Shown: positions 1-9,486 of the stretch, piece after piece
Layout: every line of letters begins with the position of its first letter
Numbering within the stretch: the stretch's first letter is position 1
DNA from: an uncultured virus (IMG/VR IMGVR_UViG_3300036846_001501)
Lineage: Duplodnaviria > Heunggongvirae > Uroviricota > Caudoviricetes
Reading direction: 5' to 3' (one strand)
DNA length: 64,000 bases
IMG/VR virus record: IMGVR_UViG_3300036846_001501
Made by a program: the position numbers and the translations under genes
The notes under the pieces: generated by a model
Databases searched by the model: none
Told to the model about the DNA's origin: nothing
The model's input: the letters and a program-made list of their open reading frames with translations, nothing else

Positions 1-659
1 TCCACCACGGGCACCGCCGAGCCGTCGCCGGGATGAACCTCCCACCGCTCGTCGGCGGGCCGGATGAACATCCAGGCGGGCCAGAGCATCGCCCCGTCGA
101 CGTCCACCCGGGCCGCCACCCACTCGTCGGCCGTGAAGGTCGACTCGAAGACAGGCGGACTATCCGGATAGAACGTGAACCAGAAGTCGGGGAGATTGAT
201 CTGGGTCGTCAGCTCGGCGCCAGTGGCGTCATCGCCGGCCTGGTGGAGCAGCACGGCCGTCCGCGCGGCCGATGGCCGCTCGGCGGCCGTCAGGGCATAA
301 GCAGTGCCCTGACTGGCCGCATCGAAGACCCGCTCGCACTGGAAGGAGATCCTTCCACTGCCGGGCAAGTCGATTATCGGCTTGTAGATGGCCAGCGGCG
401 CGCGCCGCCGCAGGCCCCTTGCGCTCCCCTTGGCAAAGCGCCGGGATAGTGCACACAACCGGCAGTCATCGAATTCTCTCAGCTCCGGCGGCAACTTGTC
501 GGTGTTCCGCCGGCACGGACGGAAGGTAGTTGCCAGCCGGTCCGACCGGCGGTTGTGCGCGTTGTGGCCAACAGCGCCGATCTCCGCAAGGAGCATCTCC
601 AGATGCTCCTGGGCCCTGGGCTGGAGCATCATGGGCTTGTTCTGCTTCTTCGCTCCCAT
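1..659 (-). CDS. Hypothetical protein, truncated by window edge (MGAKKQNKPMML...)
   Basis: Frame open from ATG 659 to position 1; GGAGGAG Shine-Dalgarno upstream; absent from ORF track because it has no stop in the window. Confidence 0.7.
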   Translation of the reverse strand, partial: MGAKKQNKPMMLQPRAQEHLEMLLAEIGAVGHNAHNRRSDRLATTFRPCRRNTDKLPPELREFDDCRLCALSRRFAKGSARGLRRRAPLAIYKPIIDLPGSGRISFQCERVFDAASQGTAYALTAAERPSAARTAVLLHQAGDDATGAELTTQINLPDFWFTFYPDSPPVFESTFTADEWVAARVDVDGAMLWPAWMFIRPADERWEVHPGDGSAVPVV

Positions 660-713
660 CTCGTCTGACTCCTCCGGGAACACGGAATCACCAACGTCCC
701 CACGGACGTGACG

Positions 714-759
714 AAAAGAGCCCGGACCCGCCACTTCCGAGGAAGGACGGGTCCGGGCT
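714..759 (-). terminator. Putative intrinsic terminator
   Basis: 12-bp perfect stem AGCCCGGACCCG/CGGGTCCGGGCT (719-730/748-759) followed on the minus strand by CTTTTC, downstream of gene ending at 802. Confidence 0.6.
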
Positions 760-801
760 AACGTGCAGTGCACTGGATTTTGACGCGGCTCGGCCGGGGC
801 T

Positions 802-1116
802 TTAGGCCGGCACGGGTCCCGGCTCAGGGTCGGGCGGCCGGCGGGCCGTGAGCTGGAAGATCCCTGAGAGGGCCTTGACGCGACCGCCGTGCCGGGCCTC
901 GAGCGCGCGGCTCACCCACCGCTCGAGCTTCTCCGGCCGCGTATCGATGTGGATGTCGAGCAGGATCGGCGCACCGGCACCATCCACACCCGCCAGACCA
1001 ATGATGGCCGGCGCGCGATAGCTCATCTGGCGATGCTTCAGTGGCAGCGTGGCGGCCGTCAGAGGCACTGCCGCTTCGGCCGGGGGATCGGTCCGCTTCG
1101 GGATCGGACTGGGCAT
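802..1116 (-). CDS. Hypothetical protein
   Basis: ATG MPSPIPKR with GAGG SD just after upstream stop. Confidence 0.6.
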   Translation of the reverse strand: MPSPIPKRTDPPAEAAVPLTAATLPLKHRQMSYRAPAIIGLAGVDGAGAPILLDIHIDTRPEKLERWVSRALEARHGGRVKALSGIFQLTARRPPDPEPGPVPA

Positions 1117-1126
1117 GACTGAATCC

Positions 1127-1726
1127 TCAACCGTCCCCGGGGTCGTCGAGATCCTCGTCGTCATCGTCGAGATCGTCGTCGTCCTCGGGGTCGTCGTCCT
1201 CGTCGATTTCATCCTCCGGAACGTCATCGCCGCTGCGATCATCCCGATCCGGGTCGCCGGGTGAACCCGGCGGCGCCGAGGCGGCGTGTAGAGGCCGCGC
1301 GGACGACGTCCGCGACAGGCTCCCGCTCTCGTCGATCTCGTCCCCCTCATCGGGGGCGAACAGGGGATATCGACCCTCGTGGGTCACCAGGTAGCGGGGC
1401 CGCCGGGTAATCCCCAGGGGCCGACCGTAGTAGCAGTCAACCTCGACTTCCTGGCCCTCGAAGCCGCGGAGGTATTCGGCGAGTGCCTCCCCGGTGGGGA
1501 AGCTCGCCTTGGTGCGTGGCCCCGCATCGGGGGTCACCACGACGTTAAAGGTTGCCCCGGGCAGCTCGGCCCGCGCCAGGCCCAGCTCGAGATGGTCGAT
1601 GATGGCCCGGATCGTCTGCTTCGCGGCGGCCTGTGGCACACCGCTGACCTTCGGTTCCCAGTTCGGTCGGATCTGGAGTGGCATATCCTCCAGGTGGGAT
1701 GTGATCGCAATCGCTTCCGTGCTCAT
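1127..1726 (-). CDS. Hypothetical protein with long Asp/Glu C-terminal tail
   Basis: ATGA-coupled ORF ending DDVPEDEIDEDDDPEDDDDLDDDDEDLDD. Confidence 0.75.
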   Translation of the reverse strand: MSTEAIAITSHLEDMPLQIRPNWEPKVSGVPQAAAKQTIRAIIDHLELGLARAELPGATFNVVVTPDAGPRTKASFPTGEALAEYLRGFEGQEVEVDCYYGRPLGITRRPRYLVTHEGRYPLFAPDEGDEIDESGSLSRTSSARPLHAASAPPGSPGDPDRDDRSGDDVPEDEIDEDDDPEDDDDLDDDDEDLDDPGDG

Positions 1727-1971
1727 GGCTTGGAACTCCTGGACTTGCTGGAGGCCGACAGGGCCACGAGCTTCACGTGGCCCGTCCCCCGCTGAACCTT
1801 CAGATCGTACGCCTTCTTCTGGTTATGGCCGTCATCGGCCACGACGTGCCCGATCAGCGCATAACTCCGGTCCTCGCCCGCGAACGGCCGGATGGTGACC
1901 AGGCCCTGTTCCTCCTCGACACTGATCTGCTGCACCTGAAACGTGCGGGGCATGTAGAACTGGACGTTCAA
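1723..1971 (-). CDS. Hypothetical protein
   Basis: 4-nt overlaps with both neighbours. Confidence 0.65.
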   Translation of the reverse strand: MNVQFYMPRTFQVQQISVEEEQGLVTIRPFAGEDRSYALIGHVVADDGHNQKKAYDLKVQRGTGHVKLVALSASSKSRSSKP

Positions 1972-2636
1972 GGCTTGTCCTCCGTCAAGAGGGCTGCGGG
2001 ATCGACGTCCCGCGCGCAGAGCGCCCGGGCCTCACGGACGGTGGCGGGATCGACGGCGCGGCGAACCACGCGGGCCGTGGCGTGCAGCCCGTCGAGCCGG
2101 GGCCAGAACCGGGCATGCTCCTCGTTGCCGTCGTAGCCGAAGCAGGTGACGGTCACGACCGGCAATATATCGCCCGCCCAGCGGCCGCGAGTCACGGCGA
2201 GGCGGTCGATGATCGGGATTGGCTGCACCGTCGCCTTGCCGTATCGGCCCCGCTGGCGGTCCAGCACCGTCACGCCCGTCATGTAGGCAAGCAGGTCGGC
2301 CCAGAATGCGCGCCGGATGAAGACCAGGCGATGGTCCCAGACCCGCTCTTCGTCACATCGGGCGATCCCCTCGAACACCGGCCAGGGGAAGTCGAGCGCA
2401 TACGTCCGGCAGAGCGGATTGCCCTGCTGCTGGCAATAGTCCTCGGCTGGATCACACGTCAGGCCGCTCCGGGTGAGCAGGCAACCGTGACTGAAGATCG
2501 CCAGCTCCCCGGCCAGCTCCTCGAGCGTCGCCCGACGAGGATCGAGCCGGGTCGCCAGGCGGGCGCCCGCCACCGGAGCACAGGTACTGGTGCCGGTCGG
2601 GACCGGGCCACCAAAGGGATCGGACGGATCGGCCAT
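1968..2636 (-). CDS. Hypothetical protein
   Basis: 222-aa ORF with globular-looking composition, in operon. Confidence 0.7.
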   Translation of the reverse strand: MADPSDPFGGPVPTGTSTCAPVAGARLATRLDPRRATLEELAGELAIFSHGCLLTRSGLTCDPAEDYCQQQGNPLCRTYALDFPWPVFEGIARCDEERVWDHRLVFIRRAFWADLLAYMTGVTVLDRQRGRYGKATVQPIPIIDRLAVTRGRWAGDILPVVTVTCFGYDGNEEHARFWPRLDGLHATARVVRRAVDPATVREARALCARDVDPAALLTEDKP

Positions 2637-2720
2637 GTTGCGGGCTCGTGCGGGCCACGGACGGTCTCAGCGTCCCCAGGCTCGATCAAGCCCGCCGCCC
2701 GGTCAAGGTCAAGTGCGGCC

Positions 2721-3470
2721 TCAGCGAGAGGGCAGATCGTGAGACTCGCCGGCCCGAATCCGCTCCGCCAGTCCCCGGTAATACTTCCAGAGCACTCCGC
2801 GATGCGGGTAATAACCCGGCTCCTGACAGATGGCCGCGGTATCCGGCAGTTCCCGCTCGACCATTGATTCCGCCAGATCATCCTCCAGGGGCGTGAGGTA
2901 AGAGCCCCTGTCCGTGAACGTCCTCAAGGACCAGGACAGGGCCATGTCCTCGAAGATGATCGGCGGCGGCACGTGGCGCAGAAATAGCTCCACGGCAAAG
3001 AGATACTTGGTCCTGAGGAAGTAGCCGCGCAGGACCAAGTCGACCCGCCTGCTGACCGCCCGATCACGCGGGGCAAACGGACCACCGTAAGGCTCGACGA
3101 TATCCCGCCCCACCTGACCGAAGAGCGCGCCCCTCGGTTCGTCCTTCGCATGGCGGATGAAATGCTCGAGGACCCGCACGCCGGGCAGCATGTCATCGTC
3201 ATGGAAGTAGGTGTACTGCGCCCGGTAATTCAAGGCCGGGATGAACCGGTTGAACGCGAGGTAGTTCTCACGGAACGAATAGAGTCGATCTGCCAGGGCC
3301 AGCGTCTCGGCCGTGAGGCCACCGCCGCAGTCGATCAGGGTGACCATGCAGGGGTGCGTCTGCTCGCGGAATCGCTTCAGGATCGCCGGGATATTCTCCT
3401 GGCGCTTCCAGTTGATGACCACCACCTCGACACTGTCATCGCCCGGTTCAAAGAGATGATCCGCGAGCAT
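2721..3470 (-). CDS. GT-A fold (family 2-like) glycosyltransferase
   Basis: VVVINWKR N-terminal strand, VTLID, DxD-type motif YFHDDDMLP, later FED motif. Confidence 0.75.
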   Translation of the reverse strand: MLADHLFEPGDDSVEVVVINWKRQENIPAILKRFREQTHPCMVTLIDCGGGLTAETLALADRLYSFRENYLAFNRFIPALNYRAQYTYFHDDDMLPGVRVLEHFIRHAKDEPRGALFGQVGRDIVEPYGGPFAPRDRAVSRRVDLVLRGYFLRTKYLFAVELFLRHVPPPIIFEDMALSWSLRTFTDRGSYLTPLEDDLAESMVERELPDTAAICQEPGYYPHRGVLWKYYRGLAERIRAGESHDLPSR

Positions 3471-3499
3471 GAGTCACCCCCGAGAAACGTCCCGGCGCG

Positions 3500-4069
3500 C
3501 TACCGTCCGTCCCAGCCGACCAGGTCCAGGGTCGGCGTCGGCCGGGCCAGACCCCGGTCCTCGCGGAGGACCTCGGCCAGGGTCGGGACCGGCTCGCGGC
3601 CGGTCCACTGAGCGTAGAGCCGGCGATGCCCCAGCACGAAGTTCACGGCCTGGGAGAGGTTCAGGCAGTGGTGCGTGGGGATGTAGACGAACCGGTGGCA
3701 GCAGGCCAGCATGCCCCGGGAGATCGAGCCGTCCTCGGGCCCGAAGACGTAGATCGCCTTCTCCGGATGCTCGAAGAAGGTCAGACACTCGGCGTTCGCC
3801 CGGACCTCCACGGCCACCGGCACACTGCCGGCGGGAAAGGCGTCGAGTGGCCGGTCGTCGTGGATGACCTGGACCTCGCGATATCCCTTCATTCGCTCCT
3901 CGCGAGGGATGCGCTCCAGAGTATCCAGCTCGCGGCGCATCCGCTGGCCGGTGTACCAGACCTGGCTCGCACCCCAGCACGACGCAGCGCGAAGCACGGC
4001 CGCGACGTTGTGCGGATACTTGGGATCGATCAGGACGACCGCGGGCGTCGCGCCGACGTGCAGGCTCAT
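3500..4069 (-). CDS. SpoU/TrmH-family (SPOUT) RNA methyltransferase
   Basis: Motifs LIDPKYPHNVAAVLRAA, IYVFGPEDGSI, CLNLSQAV. Confidence 0.9.
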   Translation of the reverse strand: MSLHVGATPAVVLIDPKYPHNVAAVLRAASCWGASQVWYTGQRMRRELDTLERIPREERMKGYREVQVIHDDRPLDAFPAGSVPVAVEVRANAECLTFFEHPEKAIYVFGPEDGSISRGMLACCHRFVYIPTHHCLNLSQAVNFVLGHRRLYAQWTGREPVPTLAEVLREDRGLARPTPTLDLVGWDGR

Positions 4070-4070
4070 G

Positions 4071-5138
4071 TCAATGACCTCCGTTACTGGTTTCATCTGC
4101 GGGGGGCGCCGATGTGACGTCGAAGTCCATTGCTGTCGCAGCCAGGTCGCCGGCGAACCGCCGCTGGCAAACGAACGTGGCCGGGATCAAGAGCCGCTTC
4201 CGCAGGGCCCGGGCCGGGCCATGCGCCTGGTTCCGCCAGTGCCCCGACCGCCAGTGCGGGTGGGGCGAGGCATGGGTGCCGGCAGCAGCCGGCCGGCCGG
4301 GCCCCTCCAGCTCAACCACATTGTAGAGCCTGAGCTTGCGGGCGAAGTCGATCAGCTCGACATCGCCGGCCCGGAGCATCCGGCCCCGGTCGTCCTTCCG
4401 GGCCAGCCGCTCGTGCTTGGCGTGTTGCTTGGGGTCGAGCCAGCCGACCTTCTTGACCCCGCCATGCATCAACATCAGGCCCAGGTTGATGGCGACCCGC
4501 TGCATCGGCACCACCGACGGATAGTCGGGGTCGTCGGGGCGGGCGCTGCCGCGGAGCAGGGCGAGATGGTCCTCGATCGTCGCCAGGTGGGGCCGGGTGT
4601 AGATCGAGTTGCGGACTTCCTCCTCATAGGGACCATGGCAACTCACCTGGAGGACGTCGCCGCCGGGGTGATGCCCCGGCGGCCCGTGATAAAGGATGAC
4701 GCACGGATAGGGCCGGGCCCCCGGCACCCGGCGGGCGCAGAGCGCGACGTACTCGGCGGGTAGCTCGACGAAAAGGCACTCGAACGGCTGCGCATAGTCG
4801 CTGTAGGGCAGATCGATCCGGATCGCCTCCAGGGCCAGGCAGGTCTCCAGATCGGGCCGGAGCAGCTTGGGGCCCTGTGCCATCGCGCGGGAGAGGGCAC
4901 CGAAGAACCAGATCAGGTCGTTCGGCGACCCGTTGGCAATCTCCTTGCGCAGGCCCATCGCAAAGTCGTCGCCGACGTGCCGGCGGACGAGTTCCATCTC
5001 GTAGATCGCCTTGTAGCTAACGCCGCCGGGCTCGGAGTCCGGAGCCGGCTTACGTTCGAGCCAGAACCACTCGTGGGCGCCCAGGCGGGCAAACGGCAGG
5101 TGGAGCGCGCGCGGCAGGAACTCGGTCATCTGGAACAT
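4071..5138 (-). CDS. Conserved phage hypothetical protein (HWRxGHWR motif)
   Basis: C-terminal SPHPHWRSGHWRNQAHGP...IP..V motif typical of a widespread phage family; GAGG SD before MFQM. Confidence 0.75.
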   Translation of the reverse strand: MFQMTEFLPRALHLPFARLGAHEWFWLERKPAPDSEPGGVSYKAIYEMELVRRHVGDDFAMGLRKEIANGSPNDLIWFFGALSRAMAQGPKLLRPDLETCLALEAIRIDLPYSDYAQPFECLFVELPAEYVALCARRVPGARPYPCVILYHGPPGHHPGGDVLQVSCHGPYEEEVRNSIYTRPHLATIEDHLALLRGSARPDDPDYPSVVPMQRVAINLGLMLMHGGVKKVGWLDPKQHAKHERLARKDDRGRMLRAGDVELIDFARKLRLYNVVELEGPGRPAAAGTHASPHPHWRSGHWRNQAHGPARALRKRLLIPATFVCQRRFAGDLAATAMDFDVTSAPPADETSNGGH

Positions 5139-5163
5139 CGGGGTCCTCTCCCGCTGGCGCGTT

Positions 5164-6273
5164 TTACTTCCCGCAGACCGGGCACTTCTCGGCGGCCGCC
5201 TTGGCGAGGGCCTCGGGCTTGGGGCTGGGGAAGACGGTCGCCGCCGGCTTGAGCACCTCGTGCTTGCGCACGTTCGACCACATCTCGGCCGACATCGCCC
5301 CGCCGTGGACGACCGTGTAGCCCGCCTGCTCGGCCGTGGCATTCGCAATCGGGTCGCCGGGCGAAGCGACCACGGCCCGGTCGCCGAACCGCTTCGTGAC
5401 CACGCCCCGGACGGCCTCTGGAGTTGCCCGGCCGTCGCCGGCAGCTTCCTGGGCCCAGGGCGCCGCCGCCTCCTCCTGGTTGAGCCGACCGTGCACATTG
5501 TTCAGCACTGCCGCGTTGATTGCCTTCAAGAACGCTGGCGTGACGGAGTCCCGCTCCATATTGAGCGGAATCTTCTGGAGCACGTTCACGCGGAATGGAC
5601 ACTCCAGCTCGACGATTGGCACCCCCATCTCGAGCAGGCACCCGCCCATCTCCTCGGGCTCGTAGACCTCGACGCGGCCGCGGCGGACCGTCCGGGCGAA
5701 CAACCCGTACTCGTCGACGACTTCCGTTGGCAGCTTGGTCTCGAAGCTGATCAGGAGGGTGGGCATTTCGATCGCCGTGCCGTTGAAGCTCGTGGGCACG
5801 GGCGGGATGAGCCGCGGGATCGCGTCCAGGCACTCCTTCAGCTCGTCGCGGGTCATCCGGATGTCCGCGGCGAAGAACGTACCCTGCTCGCGGCCGCCCG
5901 CCTTCAGGTGCATGCGGGTGCCATCCGGGACGAACCGGACCTCGCCCCCCGTGGACCGGATGATCGCGCTGCGGCAGCAGGCGAGCACCAACTTTTCGCC
6001 CAAATTGAACCTGCCCCGCTTGAGCGGGTCGCTCGCCCGGTTCGACCGGACAAACATCGTGTGGGCATGATCAAAGTCCTTGAAGCCCTCGCCCCAGTCC
6101 TCGACCTCGAGCCGGGCATACGGCTCGCCCGGACTCGCCTCGAGCCGGATCTCGAGCCTGTCGCTGCCGCTGTCCCAGCCGTTCTGGACCAGCTCGTAGA
6201 CCGCCCAGCTCTTTCCTCGCCTCTCGAGGATCGCCGCCAAGCCTTGCTTGTCGACCTCGAACCAACCATTCAT
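5164..6273 (-). CDS. GHKL-family (Hsp90/MutL/TopoVIB-like) ATPase
   Basis: N-box ELVQNGWD, G1 VEDWGEGF, G2 RGRFNLGEK; C-terminal CPVC. Confidence 0.85.
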   Translation of the reverse strand: MNGWFEVDKQGLAAILERRGKSWAVYELVQNGWDSGSDRLEIRLEASPGEPYARLEVEDWGEGFKDFDHAHTMFVRSNRASDPLKRGRFNLGEKLVLACCRSAIIRSTGGEVRFVPDGTRMHLKAGGREQGTFFAADIRMTRDELKECLDAIPRLIPPVPTSFNGTAIEMPTLLISFETKLPTEVVDEYGLFARTVRRGRVEVYEPEEMGGCLLEMGVPIVELECPFRVNVLQKIPLNMERDSVTPAFLKAINAAVLNNVHGRLNQEEAAAPWAQEAAGDGRATPEAVRGVVTKRFGDRAVVASPGDPIANATAEQAGYTVVHGGAMSAEMWSNVRKHEVLKPAATVFPSPKPEALAKAAAEKCPVCGK

Positions 6274-6274
6274 G

Positions 6275-7180
6275 TCAGGTTCCTCCGTCAGGATATCCAG
6301 AAACTGTTCGAGCTACTTGCCGCGCCGCAGGGCCGGGGGGAATGTCCCCGGCCGGCTCGTCATCCTCATCGTCGTCATCGTCGTCCTCGTTGGACGGGGG
6401 TTCCGCATAGATGTTGACGACGACCAGAACCCCCTTGTACATCCCCTGGAAGGAACAGCAACTCCCCCTCATCTCACCGTCGTTGTTGCCGATCTGGTTG
6501 GCGAAATGAACATCCTCGACGTCGTCGAAGAGCGTCATGAACTGGCTCACGTAGACGTCCATGGAGCCGAAGACTGGTCCCTCGACGTCCTCGATGTAAA
6601 CCGACCGGGGATAATACTGGACGAACCAGCAGGCGGGATGCTCCTCGTCGCCCTCATCGTCCTGCCAGGCCGAGAAATCCAGCTCCCCCACGTATTCACA
6701 GCAACTGGCAAAGGCCACAAGCAGCTCGTGGAGCCAGATGTCCTCGGGATGCTCTGGCGGCACGTCGCCGGCTGGCATGTGCTTCAGCACCTTGCGCCGG
6801 GCATTGCGTTCCGCCTCGCGCCGATCCAGCAATCGCTGCCGTTCCATCTCCCCCTTGAGCCGATAAAGCGGGATGGTCGCGAGCAGCCGATCGAGCGGCA
6901 CGCGAGGATACCAACTCAGCATCTCGTCGGCAGCAGCCAGCGATAACCGGGCAACCTCCTCGGGCGTGGCCAGGCGATCGCATATCATTGCGACGTCGGA
7001 GACCAGGTCCTCGTCGTAGATGTCGCTGACGTTTCCATCGGGGAACTCAAAGCGGCGGAAGGCGCACCGGCCCTCCGGCAGCAAATCGAGGATCTCGGTG
7101 ACGGCATAGCCGCCCATCGCGACGTAAATCCCGCCCTTCTCCAGATCCATCGGCTCAGCCTCCCATGGGCCCTTCCACAT
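6275..7180 (-). CDS. Acidic hypothetical protein
   Basis: 301-aa ORF, Asp/Glu rich, poly-D tract near C-terminus; start could be a downstream ATG. Confidence 0.75.
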   Translation of the reverse strand: MWKGPWEAEPMDLEKGGIYVAMGGYAVTEILDLLPEGRCAFRRFEFPDGNVSDIYDEDLVSDVAMICDRLATPEEVARLSLAAADEMLSWYPRVPLDRLLATIPLYRLKGEMERQRLLDRREAERNARRKVLKHMPAGDVPPEHPEDIWLHELLVAFASCCEYVGELDFSAWQDDEGDEEHPACWFVQYYPRSVYIEDVEGPVFGSMDVYVSQFMTLFDDVEDVHFANQIGNNDGEMRGSCCSFQGMYKGVLVVVNIYAEPPSNEDDDDDDEDDEPAGDIPPGPAARQVARTVSGYPDGGT

Positions 7181-7243
7181 GAGTAGAAGGTGCTATCGAT
7201 CTGTTACAGCCGTTGCCATTCCTGGTCGAACCGCATGACGGTG

Positions 7244-7257
7244 AATTTCCCGTAATT
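7244..7257. promoter_or_regulatory. AATT-N6-AATT palindromic site, copy 1 (AATTTCCCGTAATT)
   Basis: Intergenic, upstream of gene starting 7180; matches six other copies. Confidence 0.55.
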
Positions 7258-7290
7258 CAACCCGCCACGTTGCACTGCACGGTCGTTCCC

Positions 7291-7701
7291 CTAATTCCGC
7301 TCGCGGTGCGCCTCGCGACGGCGCCGCAGCATCGCTTCCAGCTCCTCGAACGACTCGAGGACCTCGACCTGCATGGCACCCAGGGCCCCCGTGTGGCGGA
7401 CCCCGCGGTTGGCCGCGACATGGGCCCGGATCCGCAGGCATTCGTCCTCGGTCAGGCTCACGGAGTCGCCGTCCTCGTTGACACGAGTGAAGAAGTAGGC
7501 CCCGAGCAGGCCGCAACCGTTGTGGGGGAGATTGAGCATCATCCCCTCCTCGTTGCACATGACGACCAGGCCGTTGCCGGCAGGGCGCTCTTCCAGATAG
7601 CCCCCCACCAGGGCCTGCATCGCCTCGAGCGATCGCTCGATCTCGATCACGCGGGAGTCTTCCCCGATCGGGACGTGGACCACCCTCACCCTTCCGGACA
7701 T
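7291..7701 (-). CDS. DUF3846-like protein
   Basis: LEAMQALVGGYLE, MCNEEG..LNLP.N, L.G.YFF motifs. Confidence 0.8.
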   Translation of the reverse strand: MSGRVRVVHVPIGEDSRVIEIERSLEAMQALVGGYLEERPAGNGLVVMCNEEGMMLNLPHNGCGLLGAYFFTRVNEDGDSVSLTEDECLRIRAHVAANRGVRHTGALGAMQVEVLESFEELEAMLRRRREAHRERN

Positions 7702-7830
7702 GGGATCTCCTCGATTACAGGGTCATGCCGGTGGCGCGCCGGCCGATATTGTTCCGACGGCGGGCCGTCCGTACAATCTCAGACGCTGAATGGCGCCACC
7801 ATCCAGCCTTTCCTGTGTAGTCTCGCCGAG

Positions 7831-7864
7831 CGGGCCCGCTGCCAGACCACTGGCAGCGGGCCCG
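7831..7864. repeat. Perfect 15-bp inverted repeat with 4-nt loop
   Basis: CGGGCCCGCTGCCAG-ACCA-CTGGCAGCGGGCCCG, just downstream of gene ending 7883. Confidence 0.85.
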
Positions 7865-7882
7865 TCTCGTTCGGTGAGTGGC

Positions 7883-8242
7883 TCAATCGTAGGCGGGCGG
7901 TTCCAGCAGGTGGGGATGACAGCGCTCGGACCAGAGCCGCCACTTGAGGAACGTCCGCGTGTGCTCGTCGGCCTCACCGAAGCTGAAAAAGTAGCGTGGG
8001 AAGTTATCAGCGCCATCGAGTCCCAACCGGCCGTCGATATTCAGTTGAATATGGCCGCGGTCGCAGTACGTCGGGCGAAGCTGTAGCCAGGCATGGACGG
8101 GAGCACCGTCGGCCGTGTTGACCCACAGATCGAGACAGCCGAACTCATCCTTCTTCCAGCGGGCTTCGGCGATCTGCCGCAGTCCTTCTTCACGGGTGAT
8201 CGCGGTGGGCGCCGCGACGGGAACTCGGTCATCAGTCAGCAT
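7883..8242 (-). CDS. Hypothetical protein
   Basis: GGAG SD, 119 aa. Confidence 0.7.
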   Translation of the reverse strand: MLTDDRVPVAAPTAITREEGLRQIAEARWKKDEFGCLDLWVNTADGAPVHAWLQLRPTYCDRGHIQLNIDGRLGLDGADNFPRYFFSFGEADEHTRTFLKWRLWSERCHPHLLEPPAYD

Positions 8243-8273
8243 TGGAGAGTCTCCAGTTCTTACCCGCAGTGGC

Positions 8274-8543
8274 CTAGAGAAGCGATTCCTTGATCTTCTG
8301 TACGACCGCGCTCAGGCCATCCGTGGCACGTTCACCGCCGATCTGCTGGATCGGTCCGTGGCCCCAGTGGAGCGCTCGTGCGGGACAGGACATCAACGGA
8401 TTGCGGTCGCCGTGGCCGCTCTCCTCGTGGAATACCTCGATGGTCACCCGGTACATACCATGAAACGAAACCTGAGCCCGCGAACCAGGAACCGCAGCTT
8501 CAAGGTGGCGCTTGACTCGATCGACCGAAAGAACGCCTGTCAT
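8274..8543 (-). CDS. Hypothetical protein
   Basis: GGAGG SD, 89 aa. Confidence 0.65.
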   Translation of the reverse strand: MTGVLSVDRVKRHLEAAVPGSRAQVSFHGMYRVTIEVFHEESGHGDRNPLMSCPARALHWGHGPIQQIGGERATDGLSAVVQKIKESLL

Positions 8544-8559
8544 CGTTTAGCCTCCGCTA

Positions 8560-8772
8560 TCAATCCCAAGGCAGATCGACGTTGACTATGTGTCCACAAT
8601 CCTCGCAGCGCCGGGCGACAATCTTCACCAGGTGCGCGCCGGCGTACTGCCCCCAGGCCAGCATTACGCCCCCGTGCCAGCCGCCCGTTGTCGCCGGCAC
8701 GTCATTGGGTCGGCCGAATTTGTCGCCCCCGCAATGGGGGCAAGTATGCTCAGCCTGCTTTGCTTCTTCCAT
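8560..8772 (-). CDS. Small zinc-ribbon protein
   Basis: CPHC and CEDC pairs. Confidence 0.7.
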   Translation of the reverse strand: MEEAKQAEHTCPHCGGDKFGRPNDVPATTGGWHGGVMLAWGQYAGAHLVKIVARRCEDCGHIVNVDLPWD

Positions 8773-8784
8773 CGATCGTGCCTT

Positions 8785-9093
8785 TCAGTGACTGGCCTCC
8801 GCCATCGTCACCAGCCACTTCCGGGCATAGCTGGCAACGCGGTCGAGTTCGTAATCGGTCTGATCAAAGCTGCTTGCCGCCGCGAGCGCATTCAATTGCT
8901 CCAAGGACATGACCTGGGCCGCCAGGCAGGTGTGCGACGAGATCGCGCCGATGGCGGCCCGCTCGGCCATCTGTCGCTTGGTGAACGGCCCGCTGACCGT
9001 CCAACTGAAGATATTCGTGTGCCGTGCCGCATACCGGTCGGCACCCGCATCGCGCGCGACGCGCACGGTCCGCTTGGTCAGGACGAAATACAT
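8785..9093 (-). CDS. Hypothetical protein
   Basis: GGAGG SD before MYFVLTK. Confidence 0.65.
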   Translation of the reverse strand: MYFVLTKRTVRVARDAGADRYAARHTNIFSWTVSGPFTKRQMAERAAIGAISSHTCLAAQVMSLEQLNALAAASSFDQTDYELDRVASYARKWLVTMAEASH

Positions 9094-9234
9094 GGTGACC
9101 TCCCCAGAAATCGGCTGTATTCTCCCTCCAGGGCGGGGCCAGCCTGGCGCCCCGATCGACAGCAACGGCCGCCGCCCTTGCCGCACGTCGAGACGCCGGC
9201 AGGGGCGGGAGTCGTTAGGACCCCCACGGTTGGT

Positions 9235-9486
9235 CTAGCTCTCCTGCGGAGTCGCCCTGGCCCGTCGCCGCTTCGGCGAAGGACCCACAATAAACTCGTT
9301 GATCGACTCGACATCGATGACCACTTGCTCGTACTCGTCGAGCCAGATGCTCACCGTCCGGCCCGACGGCGTGTGCGAGAGGGCCTCGGGATGATTGACC
9401 GGGTACCTCTCGCCGCTCCCGGTCAGGAGGGCGAAGGGGCGAAAGGGCACTTTCTTCCATACGGCCTTGATCTGATCGAGCTTCAT
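9235..9486 (-). CDS. Small conserved protein (PFRPF...HPE family)
   Basis: VPFRPFALLTGSGERYPVNHPE...IDVESI pattern, which I associate with small proteins of Planctomycetes/Verrucomicrobia. Confidence 0.7.
   Translation of the reverse strand: MKLDQIKAVWKKVPFRPFALLTGSGERYPVNHPEALSHTPSGRTVSIWLDEYEQVVIDVESINEFIVGPSPKRRRARATPQES

Noticed and set aside
1140..1230. GTC/TCG trinucleotide-like repeats (also near 6360 and 24780)
   Set aside because: Simply the codons of poly-Asp/Glu tails
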